A stretch of 64,000 bases of DNA from Mytilus trossulus (taxonomy: Eukaryota): NCBI RefSeq assembly GCF_036588685.1, contig NC_086382.1, forward strand, positions 48,918,001 through 48,982,000, in the 5' to 3' direction. Shown here in pieces: positions 36,004-51,000 of the stretch; within the stretch, counting starts at the first letter, position 1, and each line of letters begins with the position of its first letter. The notes beneath the pieces were generated by a model, which was given only the letters and a program-made list of their open reading frames with translations, had not been told where the DNA came from and did not search any database. The translations under genes and the position numbers were made by a program.

Positions 36004-39000
36004 TTACCATGGTTGAACATTTATTTTGACAGGCTTTGGTAGAACTTTTCTGTTTGGGACACTGCTTTCTCCATTACCGAATGCACTATTTTGATTGAAA
36101 AAGATATCAGCTTGTTCATCTGTGTAGTACTCCATTGGGGAAACTGGTCTCCTTAAAATAAATCCATTAAATGTAAGTTTTAGTGCATAACAGGGTGCTA
36201 ATTAAACCAGTTTACGATATATATTAAATAAAAGACTTTTTGTTTTTGATACTGACTTTATCACGGAAATATATTAGGTGAGCCCGATATCATGATTCTG
36301 CTTAGAACATGTCTTTAACAATTACGAGTATAATTGAATCATACCGGTAAGTCAAATTTCTCTATTTCTCATAAATCATAGAATGATGGGATATGAATCA
36401 GCAGATTGATCATGGTCAGACATTGTTTAAGAAGTTCAACATTTTAATTATAGGTGGTTGGATAACATTACATTTATCTTGTCATTATAGTTACGCTCAG
36501 TGGTCATCCTTATCACATAGATTTCAAATCAATTTAGGAAAGCACTGTGTAAGCAGAATTTTATTTACAGGCATATGTAAATTTCATTTTGTTTTATCAT
36601 TTGATTTTGCCATTGATCAGGGACTTTCCATTTTAAATTTTCCTCAGATTTAATTTTTTTGTGATTTTACTTTTTATATTACATCAGATAATTAGGTCTT
36701 TATTATATATGACAACATATCAAATCAAGGTGAGATGAATAAATTACAAAGATTCAAAGCGTAATTGTATGAATAAAGGCATATATATTTATTGGTTAAG
36801 TAAATTCTTAGTGGTGTTCATAACTTATTCATGGCACTGATCATAGGAAATACTATTAAGTTTATTAAATAGTTGTTTGCTATATATAAAAAATGTGCAA
36901 TAAATAACGAAATGATTAATTATGCGGAAGAAGGCTTGTCGATACGTCCACCATCGAGTCAAACGTAAGGTTTCGACAACTGTTTGTGGTTTTGATTTGA
37001 CTTGAATTTAATATTTGGAACTTGACGTATTAGACTATTAATTACTCCGTGTTTGTACTTTGGCCTATAAATGTGAACTTTTTAAACATTGTGACTTGGA
37101 GGCAGAGTTGTCTCATTGGAACACATACCACATATTTTATTTCTATTTGTCACCATCATTGTCTTTCATGATTTTTTCCTATACCCTTGGTGTGCTGTTA
37201 TTCTCATTATGATTTTATCACACATATTTTTCTGCTCGAAAATAATGACAATAATAATGTTACTTCTATTATAACTTCGTTTTATATATTGCTTACTTTT
37301 TATTTCCACACCATTTGATAACTAAGATGAAAATTATTAGCACAAGAAGTACGCTGACTACTATTCCAATAATCCAGAGCTTGAATGCATCAGACTTAGT
37401 AGTATCGGAACTAACATTACATTGGGAGCTGCTTTCAGCATAACATGCGCCGTTCAGTACACACACATCAGACTATAAAAAATTAAATGTCAAATAAACA
37501 GGGTTACATTCCATGTAGAATAAACATTTAATCGATGTATGTATATTTCATTAATTTACGAAATATAAGTTTTATACAACGTATTATACAATTTTGAGGA
37601 CCCTGTGTCTAAAACCATCTTTCTTTACGTATTGGAGACGTGCTAGTGGCTCATTGAAGGCGAATCTTTCTGTTGGGGTCATCGACCTTTAATACAAAAT
37701 GCTTGGTAGTGAAGCACTAACAGAGATTTTTATCAATTGCTAAGCTTCGTGCACGTTTATATCTTATGATTTTGTTGATTTGGAAAAGACAAACGAAATT
37801 TTACAATCCACTTAAATTTCTCGAAATTTCATAACATGAGCAACAAGACGGGTGCCACATGATAAGCAGGATCTGCTTACCCTTCTGATGCACCTGAAAT
37901 CACCCTCCGTTTTTCGTGTTGAGTTTTGTGTACTACTGTTTTTATCTGTTTGTCTTTTTCTCTTGTAGCCATGACGTTGTCAGTTTTTTTATCTATGAGT
38001 TTGAATATCCTTCTGGTATCTCTCGTACCTTTGTAGTCACGTCCTGTATCTCTTCAACCTATTTTTGATGATCAATCTCTAATTCGTTTCATCTTGATGT
38101 AACGTTTGTGCAATGCTTCGTCTACAATAACAACAACCCTTCACAAAACTACACTACATACGAATATTTTTTGATTTTATGGTTAAACAGAGACAAGAAC
38201 GTTGATCGCTGACGGATGTTGTATAAGAAAAATCTTTCGTGTATATCATTTATTTGATGTATGTATACTAATATGAAATTATTGTACTTACCCGTAATTC
38301 ACAAAACACGTATGTATCCGTTGTGGTACAAGTGTTACAAGTTGAATCAAACATTACAACTGGAACTGAATCACTGAACTCAACGCCGTTGTTAGTGACT
38401 GAAACAAGATAGACATTGGTGGCGTTTGTACTTGTTGTCGACCTTTTTCGGCGTCGTCGATTGGCTGTCGTAGAACATCTTATTTCTCCCATATTTTCCA
38501 TAATGGCAGTTGTAAAAATATATGAACCAGAGGACGTTATCTTATTATCTATGATCTAAAATTAATAATAAATGGAAAAAAAATCATGTATATATTGCTT
38601 TCCTGTTACTCTTTTTCTATATTAGAGCTTCACGTTTAAAAGTTCGATGATATTTGCTTTCGGGATAAACTTTAAAATATCGATACTGCTAGTTACCTCG
38701 TATGAATTTCATTTATCAATTTATTCAGAAGTCATGTTATTATTGCAAATAAGACGGTAAGTCATACTTGAAGGAGGATCGGCTTACACTCCCCAGCGCT
38801 TGCTTTAACCAGCATCTTGTAGAGTTTATATTGCTTAGTATAAAGTGTTTCTATGATGAATGTGTAACTGTTATTTATCTGTAAATCGTTCTTTACAATG
38901 ACATTGTAAAATTGTTTCACTGGAAATATATTTAAAATCAAAACGCCAAATAGATTCACCTTAGGACTACTTCTTTATATCGTATGATTTGGAAAGGTCA

Positions 39001-42000
39001 ATGTTTGTAAAATATTTACCTCAGCATTTTCTATACGACATTTGATATCGTTTGATATATAGAAATTTTCTCCAAACACTGAGATATAGTTGCAGGCTCG
39101 GCTTCCAGTGTCACACAATGAATCGTTAGACATCTCTGTAGCAAGAACAGGTGGTGCAGTCATATTAACACGGCAATCTTCACCAGTAAATCCAGAATAA
39201 CAATTGCAAAAACCTGTAACATGCACCAAATGAAACAAAGCAGTCAGTTCCATTTCAAATTAGAAAAGTATAGCCGTTATCTTGCAAACACATCTGAATA
39301 TTGAATATTCGTTAATTTTTACAAAACATGCTGAACAGCTGTGATATCATTATGAAGTAATAACATTTGAAAACGACAAATCTAACATAAATTAACAATT
39401 TGACGTACACTCATATTTTATAGTTATATGTCAAAAATCAAACTGTAGGCAAGACAACATCCCTGAAAGGGAGAGCGGACAAAATCGCTATCTCAATTAA
39501 CGTCTTTAATAATAAAACCATGCAGCATAATAATTGTTTTTCCAACTTAGCCTTGTAAAGCTAAATTATAATGACAAAATTGGTCTGTTTGTATTTTGCC
39601 ATGCAATAAAAGTCGTTGGAATAACTTAAGCTTATACAAAAAAAATATTCACTTATAAAACAAGTGCCATCTGAAATACTTCTATCTACCGTATTTGGTA
39701 TCACATCAGCAACACGACAGGTGCCACACGTGGAGCAGGATCTGCTTACCCTTCCGGAGAACCTGATATCATCCCTAGTTTTTGGTTGGGTTCTTGTTGT
39801 TAATTCTTTAGTTTTCTATGTTGTGTCATTTGTACTATTGTTTGTCTGTTTGTCTTTTTCACTTTTAGCCATTGCGTTGTCAGTGTTTTTTTTTAGATTT
39901 CTGAGTTTGAATGTCCCTTTGGTATCTTTCGTCCCTCTTTTAAAATCAATAGATTTTTAATGATTTTAATTTTTGCATTGAAGGGGCAAAACAATGTATC
40001 ATCATGCCTTCTTCATCTTTATCAGTTAATAAGTAAGTAAGATAAGTTAACGAAAAAATTCCGGAGTTATAAAGTTAAATATAAGCTTCTTGGCTCTCGG
40101 TTGATAAACATTACTCTGTACTCGGAAAACGAGAATAATGCTCTCGAAACATCATATACAGTTTTTTATTGGTTGATCTCTCAGTATCAAATTTATACTT
40201 TTTACGACATAATATTTAAAAAAAAAATTATGTAACTCTCTAAAACGTACTTTCTACACAGTCTCCATTTTTCACACCATTGTATTTACATTCGAATGGA
40301 CAATCGTTTTCAGTTATCAGCTGGGCTATACTAGTTCCATTAGCACTCATTTCGGAATATAGGCTGTTGTTAGTACGGACTTCGTTAATACATTGAGTCT
40401 TAAACAATTCAAAGGAATCGGCCATATATTCATCTGTTCCAGCAATCTAAAAATTGGAACCATATCTTTATGATAAATACTGTTTTGATTATCTGAACAT
40501 TATTTTGAATTAGATATGGGAAATATTAACCTCTTTTGATTCTCGGAGCATATATATTCCACTTGATTCTTTCCTAAATATTCAGCACTTGACAGAACAT
40601 AATATAAAAACGAATACAGGCTAGTACATATCCTTGAATTGGCAACCAGCTTCAATGCATGTAATTTTTATATGGCTATTTTAGAGGGGTGTGATATCAT
40701 TGCTACAACTGTTGAGTTATTTACAAAAGTTTTACGGTATACACCATTGATTGGTTGGCAGATAGGATGTGTCAAGTTTCAGCTGATCGCAGACATGGTT
40801 TCGCTATATTATATTGTTAGAAATATGTACAGCTGTGGACGTTTTTTTGTTGTTTTTTTTTTTATCCCAGGCGTTGATTACCTGAGCACTATTTGACACA
40901 ACTGTTTTGAAATTTTGGTTCTCAATGCTGTTCATCTTTTTACTTGTTTGACTTTCTAACTATTTTCACCTGAGCGTCACTGATGAGTCTTATATAGACA
41001 AAACGCGAGTCTGGCGTATCAAATTATAAGCCTTGCACGTTAAAGACACCCTTGTAGATTTCGAAAAAGAGTAGGCTAATGCCGCTACAAGGCAGCACTC
41101 GCACCCGCAAAGTAGAGAAGGATTAATATAAGTTGCCAAAATATTTGTTATTCTCGTGGTGTTTTGTCTGATGCTTGGTCCGTTTCTGTGTGTGTTGCGT
41201 TTCGGTGTTGTGTCGTTGTTCTCCTCTTATATTTAATGCGTTTCCCTCGGTTTTGGTTTGTTACCCCGATTTTGTTTTTTGTCCATGGATTTATGAGTTT
41301 TGAACAGCGGTATACTACTGTTGCCTTTATTTCTCAATCCAATGTAAAATAAATATGTTTAAACTATAAGCCTGTTACCTTTGATAACTATTTCTCTGCC
41401 AATAAAGCTTGTTAATTTCCGCTTTGAGTTAGAACTATTCGCTGAATTGTTTTCTTTTGATTTGTAAATTCACAATGGATTTGGCCTTTAGAAATATAAT
41501 TTTGTTTCTTATACAGATCTAAAAATAATTTATTTTTTAGTTTGAATGTCCTTCTGGTATTTTTCGCCCCTCTTATGTAGCCTTTGTATAAGGTCAATAT
41601 AGGATATATCGACCCAAAGGAGTTTATTACTCCATTTATCGTAGAATTTGTATGGTCGTCATTAACGGTCTTGGCTTGAGTTATCCTACTACTTAACGAC
41701 AGGAAACAGTGATAACTGATGAGACATTGATGCCGTTAATGTTATTACCCTTATATTCACAACACAATTTGAAATTGCAGATGAAGCATTGACATTAGAT
41801 ATTGATGAACAGGCGTCAAATAGAATAGATTCTCTGAAGTAACTATTACAGGCATCATCAGCGGCTGATTCATTCCAACCATTCTTCCATCCTGGGTCCT
41901 GAAAAAGTGAAACATACTTGTATATGCTTTCAATCCCATCGGTTGTCTTGTCTTTCTGTTAAGTATCTAACTTGATTAGGGCGTTAAAAGACATGGCATC

Positions 42001-45000
42001 TAAGACTAAAAATAAATGAGGTCAAACATTATCGGGAATACACTTATAGGTTAAATGAACAACCGCAACATTGGTTTTGAAAAGAATGAATTTTGTTGCA
42101 TGCTTATACAAGAATGAGGTTATTGTATACTTGTCATATCTTTTTTAAAATTATGAAGCAAAAATGTTCTCCAAATTGTTTTTTGATTTGGCTTTCCAAC
42201 CGTTTTGGTTAATACAAGCCTCACTGATGAGTCTAACGTAGACAAAACGTGCGACCTTTGTACAAAATTATAAACCTTGTATCTTTAGTGTCTTTTTTAC
42301 TCATGATCTATATGTTTGTACTCACTACTACTGGTTCTTTAATATATGCTACAATGTCTGGTGAAACATCAATTGTGACATCATCGTCATCGTCAGCGGA
42401 GCGTTTGCTTCGAATGGAGCATGGTTCCCTTCCCCAATTTAACGGAGGGCAGGTCGGCATAGTTTCTTTCCAGGAACAATCTACATTTGGCGACAGTCCA
42501 TCTTGGGTTGAGTTCATACATGAGCAATACATAAAAGACTGACTTAGTTTTTCTGTTCTTTCTTTCTCCATAAACAAACTGTCATTTGCGGGAACACTGT
42601 AATCAAAACCCGTTTTAATGCTAAAATCATTTTGAGGATTACATAACCTTATTTTCGTTTTCGCAGATCGTTACATAGAAAAATCACAGTACGACTGGTT
42701 AAACTTTGTGATGCGAGAAGCTTGTTTCATACGCATATATCTAAATATTTTTGATTATTCATGAGGCCTAACATACAAAACAAAACAAAATTGTCTATAT
42801 ATAGGTGCTTGTTTTAATAAAAACCACTTCTTAGGGTATATGATTTGTTAGGAAGTATGGAAAAATTACCAGATCAGTTTTCATCAGTCCATTTGCATGT
42901 TTGCCAAACAATTAACAAAAAACAAAAAAAAGTACATGTATGTAAAAGAGTAACGAAAGATACCAAAAGGTACAGTCACCATGGCTAAAAATGAAAAAGC
43001 AACAAACGTCAACCACTAAATTACAGGCATGGGACAGGTACATACAAAATGTGGCGAGGTTAAATATGTGAGCAGGATCAAATTCTGCCATCACCTGGAA
43101 TAGTAGTCTAACATTACAACATAAAAACGATGTCAGTTGACAAAGTTGCACTCATAAGTTTAGAGTTATGTTTTTGTGCATGAATTAGGCCGTTATTTTT
43201 ATTTCGTTTGAATTGTTTTACACTTTTGATTTCAAGTGGTCTTCTGTAGCTGACTTTAAGGTATGGGATGTGCCCATTATTGACATCATTACAGTGAACT
43301 ATAGTTGTTAATTTTGGTGTCATTTGTTCTCTTTTAAAGAGTTGTCTCATTGATATTCATACAACGTCTCCTTTTTATATCTTTTAAGTAATGATTGTAA
43401 TATGTTTCTTTCTATGAAGAAATAACACAAAAAATGTGGTACACACTGAACAATGCGCGTAGCGGGTTATGTAACAGTGAGCACCACATTTTGTATGTTA
43501 TTTCGAATAGACTGACAAAATATTACAGTTAGTTCTTACAATTAAATTTTAAATTCCATTTTAAACCGGCGAAAATCATTAAAAAACGTCCATGACGTCA
43601 TGGTGACAAAACAACAGCAAATCAGGAGACGCGTTACATCTAAAATTGAATTATATAAGGTTAAACGTTGACTTGTCATCAATCAATCGAGAATATCATT
43701 ATGAGGATGCACTACAATTCAGTGTTTCATCCCTTCTGAAGGAAACTTAAATGAGACAGAAAACCCAACAGTATAAATGATTTTGATGATAGACTAATAT
43801 TTACAGGGTCTAAACAATTACAAGAGAAACAATAAAGAGAGGTAAACATTAGGTCTGTGTTTTAACTGATGTTTTGAGATACCTACAATTCACTCATTAA
43901 GTTCTAGGGCATCTCAAGTTTAACCTTTCTCACAATGATTAATGTATGTAACAATGAAGGTGTTTACAATGAAAAAGTGTTTCTATATATATATAAAATG
44001 TGGGATGATTGCCAATGAGACAACTTTCCACAAGAGACCAAAATAACACATAAATTAACAAATATAGGTCGCCTTACGGCTTTCAACAATGACCAAAGCC
44101 CATACCGCATAGTCAGCTATAAAAGGCCCCGAAATTTCAATGTAAATCAATTCAAACGAGAAAACTGACGGCCAAATTTACGTTAAAATTGAATAAAAAA
44201 ACAAATATGCAACACATAAACAAACGACAACCATTGGAAGACAGGCTTCTGACCTAGGCCATACACACACACATATATAATATAGCGGGGTTAAACATGT
44301 TAGCAGGATCCCAACCCTCCCCTTATCGGGGACAGTGGTATTACAGTACAATTAAGGAACGAACTATAAAAATCAGTTGAAAAAGGCTCAGATTGACAAA
44401 AAAACTAGTGAACATAAACGGGTACTTGAACATCTCAACAACAAAAAGACACGAGGTACACTGAGAGTACTCGCAATTAACTGACAGCTATTTCAAAGCC
44501 TCTAACAACTAATAAAAAATAATACATCGAAGAATACATTAATCAATCTGTACACATCCAACATCCAATGGATTTCGTCATAAACAGTCAGAAAAAAACA
44601 TGACCTTGTGTGAAACCAAGTTACAGGTATCGACAGATTTAAGATCCATGAATGTGAATATGCACAAATCATACAAGTAATATTAGTTTGCCTCTAATTA
44701 ACCGATAAAAAAATCAATATTTACACAAGTAAACACAATAATCAATGATTTTTTACAGTGTTGAATTGGTAACCTTTTAGAATAAGTCTATTTAACGGAT
44801 AGACAACTTTAAAAAGGATCGTTTCTGAATTTTCTGGCACGGTTAACAATATTTCCATAAAAATAAGATGTGCTATACAGTTAGAAATAAGATAAAACTA
44901 AACTTTAAAACTTAAACTTTATATTTATGGAAATATTAATGTCATTGGGCCTTCCAGGGTTTTTATTGTACTTATTGTATATTTTCTTAAGAATATCTTT

Positions 45001-48000
45001 GAATATATACCGCCAAGTCCTTGCGAAAGTCGTTGCATTATCATACACTACTCCATCGCGTCCAGTGAAATCATCTTCGTAATCTCTATTCCACGTTCCG
45101 CATAAACCTTCTGTTTGATATCTATCGGTTCGAGACATAGAAATATATGCATTTATTCGTCTGTTTAAGGAGATCCAAACATACACACGAGATCCCGTTG
45201 GAAGAGCGATCTGCAAATAAACACATATATCAAGTGAAAATTTGAGTATTGTAAGACTGTTGATCAAAGTTGCCAGTTATATAACACAAGAACAAGGTAA
45301 AAGTATCATATATAAAATACACAAGTGTGGTATTGCACGTACAAATTAAGATTAATTATTAAATGAATATATGTTATGCGTTTTCGAGAAATACTCTTTA
45401 AAACCATCTACGTATATTTTACCTCATATCCACCCCAGCGACTGTGTACTTCTAAATATTCATTTCCGATTCCACAGTTTAACCTACGAATGATCCACTT
45501 GGTAGGTTTGCCACATCCATAGATAATGAAAACGTCAGATGCAGCGCGCACCGCTATAGCGCAATGTTCTGTCCAAGTATGATCTTTTTCATATCTTCGT
45601 TGGATAGTATGAACCTAAAAAATAATAATATCAAATATTTCCAATTCTTACATATACCTTGAAAACATTTCATAAAAGTAGATAATAATGTGGCTTTTTT
45701 AAATATATATCTTAATACAGGAATGACGGTACCATTGTAGATAATATTGCTGTTATCATATCTGTTTGGATATGCAATTTATCCTTTTTCAAATCCATGT
45801 GTCAATCACTGTTTATTCTTTAGTTTTCTATGTTGTGTCATGTGTACTATTGTTTTTTTGTTTGTCTTTTTCATATTTAGCCATGGCGTTGTCAATTTGT
45901 TTTAGATTTATGAGTTTGATTGTCCCTTTGGTATCTTTCGTCCCTCTTTCAATATGTTCATAGTGTTTTTATCGTAATAGATGGTATTAAGGATTATACC
46001 TTTTTGATTGGCGGACAATAATCGTAAGGCGTTTTTTTTTTCAAGTGATGTTTTTTTATCAATTAATACGCAACAACCCTGGCTGTACGCTATCAGGAAA
46101 ACATAAACAACAATCCTTAGAAAATTTCAAAACAATACAAACAAAAAGTTTAATTTGACGCGTAAATTTTCTGTTCTGGCATACTAATGTATTTTGTAAA
46201 ATATAATTGTACTATATTTTGTAGCTTGTTTGTCTATTAAAGGTAGCACATTTAACAGGATATAATTTGAACTTAAATTATTTTTGATTATGGAATTTGC
46301 TTGATTTCCTGTTATTGAAATTTTTAATAAATTCCATGTTTATTCTATTCTGAAATTTTCTGTTCTGCGCACAACACTTTCTTTTTCAAAGAAAATAGTA
46401 TTTTTCAATAGAATGTACTGTGCCGCGCACAACGCTATCTAACCAAAAAACATTGTATTGAAAGTGTTATGAACCGCTCAAAGATTATAATGCCAAATAA
46501 ACATGGAGTTTATTAAAAAATTTAACACAAGAAATTATGCAAATTCCATAATTAAAAATAATTCCAAGTTTAAATAACAGACTGTTATTTATCAATCTTG
46601 TTAATTGAACAACTCATTTCAACGACGGACTATGCACACATGTACATATAATATGCATTTAATTTGATAGTGATTACACAATTTCACAAATGAAATACTT
46701 GCATCTCGGTTTTTAATGAATTTGTGCTCAATAAGTCAGAACTATATGAGGAAAACCAACGATCAATTGTTTGCTTTGGGTTTTTCCTCATTTAATTATC
46801 AACTATTCGAAGAAAAAAATGAACATTTTGTTGTCCTGTATATTTGCTAAAAGTTTTGTCTTTCGATATCAAAACTGTTCGTCGTATGCAGTCGGCAATC
46901 ATATTCATTTTTAAATGAACTTAAACTCTCGTTGGCCTACTGGTTTAAAATGTTCTTTGAGTCTAACTCCATGGATTATTCACGAGTACATAAGGAAATG
47001 CCTGTATCAAGTCCGTTTTATGTAAGTTGTTCTATTGGCTTGATGTTTGAGCTTTTGATTTTGCCATTTAATAGAAAAAACTTTCCGTTTTGAATTGTCC
47101 ATAAGAGTTTTTTTCAAAATAATCATATATTATATGGAACCATCATAGTGTGTTTATGTAAAAAAAAAAAAAAGATGTGGTATGATTGCCAATGAGACAA
47201 CTATCCACTAAAGACCAAAATGACACAAATATTAACAACTATAGGTCACCGTACGGCCTTCAACAATGAGCAAGGCCCATACCGCATAGTCAGCCATAAA
47301 AGGTCCGATAAGACAATGTAAAACAATTCAAATGAGAAAACTAACGGCCTTATTCATGCAAAAAAATTAACGAAAAACAAATATGTAACACATAAACAAA
47401 CGACAACCACTTTGTAGTAACCCCTTCTGATAATGGGGTGTCTGTTCGGCTGTTTATGTGTACAAATACTCAGCCACGTCCGGTTAGAATAGGGACATTT
47501 AATTTCACGCTCTCCATTCAATTTGATGTGTAATGAAGAATGAATTTCGCTTTATAATCCTGGTACTTTTGATAACTAATAAGCAATGGCAGTTCAAATT
47601 TACTCTATCTCAATCCCGGACGCCATTTAGTACAGGACCGGTTTAGTGTATTTATTGGAAATTGATCTCGTTCTGAACATGCATAATATATTTGCCATTG
47701 GTCATTTCACAACCAACAGTCAATAACTTCAACTGCCTCTCCTGCCGGAGCACCTGAGATCCCCGAAGTTTTAGGTTAGGTTCGTGTTGTTCAGACTATT
47801 TAGTTCTACATTGTGTTTTTTGTACTATTAATTGTTTGTTGGGCATTGTCATAGTATTGTCAGTTTATTTTCGACTTATATGTTGAATATTCCTCTTGTA
47901 TCTGTTCCCTACCAATTAAAATCTTAAACTTCTGCATAACAACAGAACGACTGTCTCAATGTACCACCCATTCATCTTCGTGTGATGAACACCATTTTCA

Positions 48001-51000
48001 AAAAGGTACATAAGCAATTTTATATACTACCATTCCATCAAACAAAGTCCGGAATAATGTAGGCCTATACTGATAGAAAAGTATAATTGTTTGTTTTAAT
48101 TCAATTCATTCTCTGTAATATGGATTTGAGTATTTTGTACTTGCTGTTTACTGGTATGAACAAATTTTTATGTACAGGCAATAACAACCTATTTACAGAT
48201 CAATACAAATTAAGTGTGAAACCAAAGATCATTGAATAAAACTAATTTTTTTTAAGTTTACAGTACCGCCGTTGAAATTTAAAAATTTAGATTTAAAAAC
48301 ATGCCTTGAGTAAGATTTAAACAGATAATGTTGAATACGACATTGAATCTGAAAATGTGAAAAACTAATTATTAAAAATCCAAATTAATTTCAAATTATC
48401 AAACGAATAACGAGTTTTAAACATTAAACGAATAAGATAGAATAATACATCTTTATATTTTTACATATATTGTCGTGTATTATAATTACCTCTATTGGTT
48501 TAGTTTTGTGTTTGTATAGGACAAATTCTCCCTGGTCATGAAAATCATACGATCTAAAATAAAACACAACAAAATCATGTATTTTTTAAAGGTTATATTC
48601 ATAAAAGTTATTACAATTTTTGTCCTATGAGGGTTTAGTATCATAGCGATTACTTATTTATATACCATAATGTGCGTTAACACAATTTCTTTTGTTGTGT
48701 TTTGTGTCAATTTTCAAGTAACACCTACAAGTAAATAAAAACAGGAATACAGTTTGGTGTCAACAGGAGTACTGGCTGTTTAAAAACAAACCCATCAAAC
48801 GTTTCAAATACGATAACAATAATAACCGGGCTTCGTAAAGATGAAAGACTGAGACACTTTCTGTTTGAATCAGAATGTGTTTTCCCGCAAAGTATACTTT
48901 TTTCTTTGCATTGCATCTGTCATTATGAATTTTAATAGCCTTATAATTGTTGTAAAATTTCTTCTCAGGGATTGTCGTTGTACTGTGGATTCATTAATAT
49001 TCGTTGGATACCAATTTTCGTGGATTTCGTGGGGACAGGGGAACCACGAATTTAAATGTTCAACGAAATACAGATTTTCTATAGGAATGTATGCAGAATT
49101 TGCCAAAACAACGAATTTACATATCCACGAATATGTGATTTTTCATCAATCCACGAAAATTGGTACCCACGAAAATAAATGAATCCACAGTAGTATACAT
49201 AATTTTTCAGTAAATTTTCCTTCATCTAGTACAGTGGTTGTCGTTTGTTTATGTGTTACATATTTGGTTTTTCGTTCATTTTTTTTAACATAAATAAGGC
49301 CGTTAGTTTTCTCGTTTGAATTGTTTTACATTGTCTTACCGGGGCTTTTTAAAGCTGACTATGCGATGTGGGCTTTGCTCATTGTTAAAGGCCGTACGGT
49401 GACCTATAGTTGTTAATGTTTGTGTCATTTTGGTCTTTTGTGGATAGTTGTCTCATTGGCAAGCATACCACATCTTCATTTTTATATTGAAAAGTTAAAG
49501 CCAGTTTTGACTCACATTTATTAAGTGGATATTAAATTGAGTGGCATTTTATCTAAGAACAATAATCTATTATTACTAAAGGTCATATAAATACTAACTG
49601 CCAATCAAATGTAGAAAACCAAGGATCTGTACCAGTAAAACACCATCCATACCACCACCAGTAATCATCTGTTACATTGTCATTCACTACATGTACCTGT
49701 GAAAGGAATTTGTGTTAAAAAATGACTTTTTTTGTAGTATTATCATAATCTTACGGAAAAAGTATATAACAATTATATATAAAGATGAGTACCAATTATC
49801 AGGTTGTCTGCATATTGATATTTTACAATCTCTATATGCAGATAGCCTGATAATCGATTCATCGGGTCTTTCAAGTGTTTTGTTTTTTGCACTAGCAAAT
49901 CGGAAAATGACTTGATAAGTTGGGGTCAAACATATCAACGTCGGTTCAACATTATGAAATCGCTGATATGTACGTGTTAAAGTTATTTAGGCCGGGTCAA
50001 CCTATTTGCCATCACAAAGCCGTGATATTCAAAAGCTGAGCAGAGTGATATAGATAGTGCACGTTGGACGGCCGATAATCATCGATTATATACTTTTATG
50101 TGCATGTTCTGTAAAGGTTAATTCAGAATACAACAATAACTCAAATTCACACTATTTCGGTTAAAATTGTAAATATATAGTTCATAAGAATAAGATCAAG
50201 TAATACAAAATGATATTTTTAGATCTTTCTTTACTGTACAGTTTTGCTGTTTCTAGTTTATCTTTATCTATAATGATATTTAAGATAATAACCAAAATCT
50301 GCCAAAATCATCAATTCAGGGATAATTCCCTTAAAATCTGATACCTGATTTGCCTGAATATTTCAGTGCTGGTAAACTTTACCTAACGATTACTTAAACC
50401 TCTTGTGTGATTTGGTACAAATGCTTTAGTTCTTGTGATATTGGTCAACAAGAATGTGTCCAATGGACACGGATGCCCCACTTGCATTACCATTTTCCGT
50501 GTTCAATGGAGCGTGGAATTGGGAAAAAATAATTTGGCATTAAAAGAAGAAAGACCATACAATAGGGAACATGTATACTAAGTTTCAAGTTGATTTGACT
50601 TTAACTTCATCCAAAAACTACCTAGACCAAACACTTAAACTTGAAAATCCCATTTTTATTTTCTATGTTCAATGGACTTTGGAATTGGAATCAAAGGTCA
50701 AACTTTGCTTTAAAGTAAGAAAGATCATATCATTAGGAACATGTGTACTTAGTTTTAAATTGATTGGACTTCAGCTTCATCAAAAAATACCTTGACCAAA
50801 AACTTTAACCTGAAACTCGCACTTTAATTTTGTATGTTCAGTGGACTGTGGAATTGGAGTCAAAAGTATAATTTGGCTTTAAAATTGGAAAGATCATATC
50901 ATAAGGAACATATGTACTAAGTTTCAAGTTGATTGGACTTCAACTATATCAAAAACAACCATTGCCCAAAAAACTTTAACCTGAAGCGGGACGAACGGAC

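Noticed and set aside
38788-38878. Candidate extra minus-strand exon (INNSYTFIIE...ASAGE) with AG/GT ends
   Set aside because: At 91 nt it would shift the frame. The flanking exons already join in phase 0 with VWDE-like continuity.
41702-41730. GAAAC...CTGATGAG as a permuted hammerhead
   Set aside because: Only about 9 nt separate the boxes, too few for stems III and I, and there is no downstream stem II/GAAA.
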